Below are positions 59,300-64,000 of a DNA stretch of 64,000 nt, in pieces. Source of the stretch: Candidatus Latescibacterota bacterium (GTDB lineage Bacteria; Krumholzibacteriota; Krumholzibacteriia; WVZY01; JAKEHA01); NCBI GenBank assembly GCA_963707635.1, contig OY970173.1, forward strand, positions 2,336,001-2,400,000. The letters run 5' to 3'. Numbering within the stretch: position 1 is the stretch's first letter; each line of letters begins with the position of its first letter. Under the pieces are notes generated by a model. The model had not been told where the DNA came from, did no database searches, and was given only the letters and a program-made list of their open reading frames with translations. A program made the translations under genes and the position numbers.

Positions 59300-60517
59300 T
59301 CAGTTGCTCTTCTGTTCGATCTGGCGGTTGAGGTCGTCGAGATCCTCGAACTTGGGCAGCGGCTCGCTCAGGTTGTCGAGCATCCACTTGGCGGTCTGCG
59401 CCATGTCGCTTTCGGGGTACTTCTCGACGACTTCGTCGAACGCCCGGCCGGCCATCGCGTAGTCCTTCACTTCCTCGGCGTACACGAAGCCGATCATGAA
59501 CAGGGCCTGCGGCGCGAACTTGTCGGTCGGATACTTGTCGACGATCTCCTGAAACGCAGCGATGCGGTGGAGCGGCTCCGTGGTGTTCTGGGCGTACTCG
59601 AATAGCTCCGCCGGCCCGCGCTGGGTCTTCTGGTACTCATCGTCCATGTAATTGTGGGCCTGGTAGCCCTTTTCAGTTTCTGCGAAGTGCGCGGCGCGCA
59701 CGGCTTCGAGCTTCTCGCGCGAAAGGCGATCCACGATCTCTTCGTGCACGTCGTCGTAGGGCCTGAGTTCCGCGGGTTTCTTTTCGTTGATGCGCACCAG
59801 CGAATAACCCCGCTCCCACTTGATCGGACCGTAGATCTTGCCCGGCTCCATGGTGACGACCTGGTCGGTGAAGACTTGCGAGTACCCCACGCCCTTAATG
59901 TAACCGCCGGGGTTGAAGTATCCCATGTCCCCGCCGTCCGCGCGGGTGAGCTCATCCTCGGAGTACATGTGCGCCATGGTCGTCAGCTTCTCGCCACCTT
60001 CTTCCACCCGCCGCTTAATGTCTTCCAGCTTCTTCCTGTCCTTCGAAAACACCTGCTGCGCCCGGATCGTCTCCAGCGTCGTGTAGAGGTCCTGGTGGGT
60101 TTCGTAGTACGTGTGTATCTCCTCTTCAGTGGGCCGCGCCTTCACATCCACCCTGTCCTTGAGGTACGCGCTCACCAGGATCGACCGCGTCGTCTGCTCG
60201 ATCTGCTTCCGGACTTCTTCATTGCTGGCGAGCTTTTCCTTCTGCGCTTCGCGGTATGCGATTTCTTCCTGCATGAGCCGTTCCGCGAGCTCGGCGCGGC
60301 CCTCCGGGGTGTCGTACTTGCCCCGCTGGCTCTCCGGCATTTGGCGCAGAATATCTTCGAGTTCGTCCCGCGTCAGCGACCAGTCATCGACAGTGGCCGC
60401 GAGTTTCTCTTCGGGCACCGCGGTGCGCTGGTCGGACTTCTTTCCGCAGCCGCCGGCCGCCGCGATCGCGAATGCGGACAGCAAAACAGCGCGCCGGCTC
60501 ATCACCAATATGCTCAT
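59300..60517 (-). CDS. Lipoprotein PpiC/parvulin-type foldase (PrsA/SurA-like) with C-terminal TPR
   Basis: GGAGGAG RBS before ATG 60517; lipobox AGGC; YSED...DGGDMGYF; C-terminal YP..K.APQALFMIGFVY TPR. Confidence 0.78.
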   Translation of the reverse strand: MSILVMSRRAVLLSAFAIAAAGGCGKKSDQRTAVPEEKLAATVDDWSLTRDELEDILRQMPESQRGKYDTPEGRAELAERLMQEEIAYREAQKEKLASNEEVRKQIEQTTRSILVSAYLKDRVDVKARPTEEEIHTYYETHQDLYTTLETIRAQQVFSKDRKKLEDIKRRVEEGGEKLTTMAHMYSEDELTRADGGDMGYFNPGGYIKGVGYSQVFTDQVVTMEPGKIYGPIKWERGYSLVRINEKKPAELRPYDDVHEEIVDRLSREKLEAVRAAHFAETEKGYQAHNYMDDEYQKTQRGPAELFEYAQNTTEPLHRIAAFQEIVDKYPTDKFAPQALFMIGFVYAEEVKDYAMAGRAFDEVVEKYPESDMAQTAKWMLDNLSEPLPKFEDLDDLNRQIEQKSN

Positions 60518-60539
60518 GACCGATTCTCCTCCGTGTTCT

Positions 60540-61610
60540 CTAGACAATGTCGTCTCGACCCCGGCGCCTTAGTTCCGCCACGATACGCTTGACGTCCTGG
60601 GCCCGGTCCCGCCGGCATACGAGCAGGGCGTCGCCTGCGCTAACCACGATCACGTCGTCCACCCCCACCAGCCCCACCAGACGGTCCGCCGACACGATGG
60701 TGTTGTTCGATCCGTCGATCACCACGTGCTCACCCACCGCGACGTTTCCAGCTTCATCCGCAGGCCGCACGTCGCGGACGAACTCCCAGCTCCCGACGTC
60801 GTTCCATCCAAAGTCGACCGGCATCACGGCGACATTGTCGGCTTTTTCCATCACGCCGTAGTCGACCGAGACCGCAGGTGCCAGGCGGTACTCGCGATTC
60901 AACACCTCGTCGAGCGAGTGCGTTCCGAGCCCGGTCTCGACGCGGCGCAGCACCGATGCCAGCTCGGGCAGGTGCCGCTCGATCTGGTCGAGCACGGTGC
61001 CGGTCCGCCACATGAACATCCCGCTGTTCCAGAGGCACCCCGAGGCCACCAGCTCGCGCGCCCGCTCGGGAGACGGTTTCTCGACGAACCCCCCTACCCG
61101 GCACACGCGCGCGGCGCCGTCACGCCACACCTCCGCACCCACCCGCAGGTAGCCGTAGCCGGTTTCCGGGCGTGTCGGTGTCACCCCGAAGGTGAGCAGC
61201 GCGTCGTGGGTTTCCACGTAGCGCGACCCAGCGCGCGCCGCGTCCCGGAAGCGCTCCGCCGGCTCGACCAGATGATCGGCCGGCAACACCAGCATCGGGG
61301 CGTCGCCGTGGGTCCGGCGCGCGAGCAGGGCGGCAAGTCCGATGCACGGGGCGGTGTTGCGCCCCTCCGGCTCGCCGATGACGTTTTCCGGCGGGACCGC
61401 TCCCGCGACCTCGGCGAGGATCGCTCCCCGCTGCTCCGCGCTGGTCAGGACTAGGATCTCGTTCGCGCGAGCGAGATCGCCAACCCGTTCGAGGGTGACG
61501 CGCAGCATGCTGCCCCGGCCGGTCAGGTCGAGCAGCTGCTTCGGACGCAGCCGCCGGCTCGCGGGCCAGAACCGCTCCCCCACCCCTCCGGCCATGATCA
61601 GGACGAGCAC
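60540..61610 (-). CDS. manC: Mannose-1-phosphate guanylyltransferase
   Basis: IMAGGVGERFWPASR..RPKQLL, EPEGRNTAP, PADH, PETGYGY, FVEKP, WNSGMF, SVDYGVMEK, WNDVGSW. Confidence 0.93.
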   Translation of the reverse strand: MLVLIMAGGVGERFWPASRRLRPKQLLDLTGRGSMLRVTLERVGDLARANEILVLTSAEQRGAILAEVAGAVPPENVIGEPEGRNTAPCIGLAALLARRTHGDAPMLVLPADHLVEPAERFRDAARAGSRYVETHDALLTFGVTPTRPETGYGYLRVGAEVWRDGAARVCRVGGFVEKPSPERARELVASGCLWNSGMFMWRTGTVLDQIERHLPELASVLRRVETGLGTHSLDEVLNREYRLAPAVSVDYGVMEKADNVAVMPVDFGWNDVGSWEFVRDVRPADEAGNVAVGEHVVIDGSNNTIVSADRLVGLVGVDDVIVVSAGDALLVCRRDRAQDVKRIVAELRRRGRDDIV

Positions 61611-61631
61611 GGCGGCTCCCTCGCTGGGAAG

Positions 61632-62075
61632 CTACTCCTTCACTACCCAGACCTTGATCGGCACGGACACCTCGCGGTGGAGCCTCAAGTCGACGGTGAA
61701 CACGCCGATCTGCTTGATGGGCTCTTCCAGCATGATCTGACGCCGGTCGACCTCGTGCCCCTGCTCGCGCAACTTGCGCGTGATATCCAGGGTGGTGACG
61801 GATCCGTACAACTTCTCCTCCTCGCCCACCTGCACCGCGATCGTCACCGAGACGTCGGCGAACTTCACCGCCAGCGCGCGCGCGTCCTCCATGGCCACCA
61901 GGTCACGCTTGATCAGCGTTCGCTCGTTCTCCTGGAACACGCGCCGGTTGGCGTCGGTCGCGGCGAGCGCCAGGTTGCGCGGAAACAGATAGTTGCGCGC
62001 GAAGCCCGGCTTGACCTTCACGACTTGACCGCGGTTGCCGAGCTTGTCCACCGCGTCGAGAAGTATGATATCCAC
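61632..62075 (-). CDS. rplI: 50S ribosomal protein L9
   Basis: LGNRGQVVKVKPGFARNYLFP, KLYGSVT, PIKQIG; GTG start at 62075 after GAGGAGG. Confidence 0.97.
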   Translation of the reverse strand: MDIILLDAVDKLGNRGQVVKVKPGFARNYLFPRNLALAATDANRRVFQENERTLIKRDLVAMEDARALAVKFADVSVTIAVQVGEEEKLYGSVTTLDITRKLREQGHEVDRRQIMLEEPIKQIGVFTVDLRLHREVSVPIKVWVVKE

Positions 62076-62095
62076 GATGAGTTCCTCCTCGATAG

Positions 62096-62389
62096 CTAGC
62101 GGTAGTATTCGCGAACGTACGGCACCAGCGCAATCAGGCGCGCGCGCTTGACCGCCGACGCCAGCATGCGCTGGTGCTTCGCGCACGTGCCGGTGATCCT
62201 GCGCGGCGTGATCTTGCCGCGGTCGGTCATGAAACGGCGCAGGCGACGTTCGTCTTTGTAGTCCAAATAGGTGACACGGTCGAGACAGAACTTGCACTTC
62301 TTCTTGCGCATTGGGCGCTTGTCGCGCTTTTCTCTCTTCTCGCCCTTGTCTTCCTTTTTCTCGCCTTTCTTTCTCGCTGCCCTACCCAC
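62096..62389 (-). CDS. rpsR: 30S ribosomal protein S18 (Zn-binding type)
   Basis: CKFC, DYKD...[31 protein letters not shown] start at 62389 after GGAGG. Confidence 0.97.
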   Translation of the reverse strand: MGRAARKKGEKKEDKGEKREKRDKRPMRKKKCKFCLDRVTYLDYKDERRLRRFMTDRGKITPRRITGTCAKHQRMLASAVKRARLIALVPYVREYYR

Positions 62390-62759
62390 GGTAATCCTCC
62401 TCGCGCTCGCGCTCCGGCTGGCGCAGCGTCGGCTCGACCGTTGCCGGGTCGAGCGCAGGCTCGGCACCCGTCGCGAGCTCGTCGCGCACGATCATGTGCC
62501 GCAGCACGCCTTCGTCAATGCGCAACTGCCGCGCGAGCTCCGCGATGAGCGTGCTGTCGCCGCGAAATCGGTAAAAGAAATAGTGCCCGTCGGGCTGGCG
62601 CATGATCTCGTACGAGAGTCGGCGCTTGCCCCAGGTCTCGACTTTGGTGATGGCACCGCCGCGGCCGGCGATGATATCGACGTACTTGGCCGTGCTTGTC
62701 TTCAGACCGTCGTCCGTGACGGCCGGGTGCAAGATTACGGCGCACTCGTAACTTCTCAC
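62382..62759 (-). CDS. rpsF: 30S ribosomal protein S6
   Basis: [43 protein letters not shown] start at 62759 after GGGAGG. Confidence 0.96.
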   Translation of the reverse strand: MRSYECAVILHPAVTDDGLKTSTAKYVDIIAGRGGAITKVETWGKRRLSYEIMRQPDGHYFFYRFRGDSTLIAELARQLRIDEGVLRHMIVRDELATGAEPALDPATVEPTLRQPEREREEDYRG

Positions 62760-62762
62760 AGA

Positions 62763-62820
62763 AACCTCCCTGTGGACATTAGACCCCCGGGCAGCGGCGG
62801 TGACGCCGGTCAAGGGGTAG
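62763..62820 (-). promoter_or_regulatory. Probable S6:S18 ribosomal protein leader (autoregulatory RNA)
   Basis: CCCTTG, then a GC hairpin (ccgg...ccgg), then the GGGAGG SD that can pair with the CCCT segment, immediately upstream of rpsF. Confidence 0.6.
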
Positions 62821-62865
62821 AGAAGCTGCTCTGGTTTTGAGCAAGTATGGGGATGTCAGGCACGC

Positions 62866-62895
62866 ACTATACCCCGGGGGCGGCGGCGCCGTCAA
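62866..62895 (-). promoter_or_regulatory. Sigma70-type promoter of the rpsF operon
   Basis: TTGACG (62895-62890), 18 bp spacer, TATAGT (62871-62866). Confidence 0.75.
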
Positions 62896-62904
62896 GCCGC
62901 TCGG

Positions 62905-63498
62905 CTACGGGGCCGGCGGCGGCTCGCGCCGGGCGTTGAACCTGCCCATGGCGCGGTCGACCCCGTCGACGATCCAGGCCTCGGCGCACGCGGTCGCCTC
63001 GGCGACCATGTCCGCGACCGCGGGCTCCTCCTCGGGCAGGAACTCGGCGAGAACGAACTCGGCCGCGTCCACCCGCGGCGGCACCGGCCCGATCCCCAGG
63101 CGCAGGCGGGGGAACGCGGTGGTGCCGAGGCGTTCGATGACGGACTTCAGCCCGTTGTGCCCGCCGTCGCTACCGCCGCGCCGCAGGCGAACCTGACCGA
63201 GCGGCAGCGCAATGTCGTCGCAGACCACGAGCAGGCGCTCGGAGGGAATCGTCTCCTCCAGAATCAACGCGGCCAGCGCGTCCCCGGAGAGATTCATGAA
63301 CGTGAGCGGCTCGACCAGCAGGACGTCGCGGCCGGCGACGTTGCCGCGCGCCGTCCGGCGTCTGCGCACCGGCGCCTGCCAGCGCGCGCGACGCGCAGTC
63401 GCGATCGCTTCGACAACCAGGAAGCCCAGGTTGTGGCGGGTGCGGGGGTAACGGTCCCCGGGGTTGCCGAGACCCGCGATGATGAATTCGACCGGCAT
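62905..63498 (-). CDS. pth: Peptidyl-tRNA hydrolase
   Basis: GLGNPG..Y..TRHNLGF, PLTFMNLSG, DDIALP, GGHNGLKS, RLRLGIG. Confidence 0.97.
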   Translation of the reverse strand: MPVEFIIAGLGNPGDRYPRTRHNLGFLVVEAIATARRARWQAPVRRRRTARGNVAGRDVLLVEPLTFMNLSGDALAALILEETIPSERLLVVCDDIALPLGQVRLRRGGSDGGHNGLKSVIERLGTTAFPRLRLGIGPVPPRVDAAEFVLAEFLPEEEPAVADMVAEATACAEAWIVDGVDRAMGRFNARREPPPAP

Positions 63499-63515
63499 GC
63501 GCGCTCCTTCCAGCG

Positions 63516-63560
63516 TGAGAAAGCCCCGCGGCGGGACCATCGGGTCGCCGCCGCGAGGCT
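63516..63560 (-). terminator. Putative intrinsic terminator or stabilising hairpin after rplY
   Basis: AGCCTCGCGGCGG...CCGCCGCGGGGCT stem followed by a short TTTCTC tail on the minus strand. Confidence 0.5.
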
Positions 63561-63591
63561 GTATTCTGCGCACGAAGAATGCGGGTGACCG

Positions 63592-64000
63592 CTAGTCTTT
63601 CTCTTTCGTCTTGGCCTTCGCCTCCGGCTTCGCCTTGCCTTCGGGCTTCGCCTTGCCTTCGGGCTTGGTCTTGCCCTCCGGCTTGGTTTCCGCCTCGGCT
63701 TCCTCTGCCCCTGGCTTGCGGATCAACTCGGGCTCGGCGACCGCTTCGGCCGCGACCGGCGCCGCCACCACTTCCACCGTCGGCGGAATCACCGTCGCGA
63801 GCATGGAGTCAACGTCGTCGAGAAACTCGACCCCCGGGTACACGGCAGCGACATCTTTGATACGCCACGAGTCGTGGATGCGCAGCGTCGCGACGTCGAC
63901 GGTGATGGCGTCCGGTATCTGCGTGGGCAGGCACATGACGCTGACGGTTCGCAACCCGTGTTCGAGGATGCCGCCCTGATCCTTGACACCGGCCGGCGTG
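63592..64000 (-). CDS. rplY: 50S ribosomal protein L25/Ctc (5' end outside the window)
   Basis: GVKDQGGILEH.LRTVSVMCLPTQIPDAITVDV..L, EPELIRK; upstream of pth. Confidence 0.93.
   Translation of the reverse strand, partial: TPAGVKDQGGILEHGLRTVSVMCLPTQIPDAITVDVATLRIHDSWRIKDVAAVYPGVEFLDDVDSMLATVIPPTVEVVAAPVAAEAVAEPELIRKPGAEEAEAETKPEGKTKPEGKAKPEGKAKPEAKAKTKEKD
63610..63688. repeat. 18-bp tandem repeat in the rplY tail (about 4 copies)
   Basis: Encodes TKPEGK-TKPEGK-AKPEGK-AKPEAK-AK. Confidence 0.75.

Noticed and set aside
59300..60517. Visibly lower GC suggesting horizontal transfer
   Set aside because: Explained by Lys/Glu/Tyr-rich composition; the gene is embedded in a housekeeping string with no mobility signs
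1..64000. CRISPR arrays, tRNA/rRNA genes (including tRNA-Sec), transposases, integrases, prophage or defence genes
   Set aside because: No regularly spaced repeats, cloverleaf-like segments or mobile-element motifs found; nearly all sequence is accounted for by assigned genes

Overview
High-GC (about 70% by eye) bacterial chromosome segment, almost entirely encoded on the minus strand. From right to left in transcription order: rplY(partial)-pth; rpsF-rpsR-rplI-manC-PPIase-DUF151-LpoA/LppC-like lipoprotein; a plus-strand amidase and tonB pair; selA-SPOR protein-smc-ftsY; an FMN riboswitch heading ribD-ribE-ribBA-ribH-nusB-metallophosphoesterase; a roughly 25 kb glycan/envelope locus (16188-41443); and the dcw cluster mraZ-rsmH-ftsL-ftsI-murE-murF-mraY-murD-ftsW-murG-murC-murB-ftsQ-ftsA(partial), with no ddl. 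The most interesting part is the glycan locus. It combines a DUF2723/TMEM260-like TPR membrane transferase, a polyprenol-P-mannose synthase, two further GT-C-type membrane enzymes, a GT2 fused to an apparently dead phosphoglycosyl transferase, and a PorZ-like beta-propeller with a T9SS-type C-terminal domain that sits directly upstream of a dehydratase/aminotransferase/FemAB-like GNAT/flippase set. By inference this is a candidate protein-glycosylation and glycan-anchoring system in a high-GC, probably FCB-group lineage outside the classical Bacteroidota. No rRNA, tRNA, CRISPR array or mobile element was seen. All assignments come from motif recognition by eye, and no database searches were run. 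Many start codons were re-chosen from the ORF track using stop/start overlaps and RBS.
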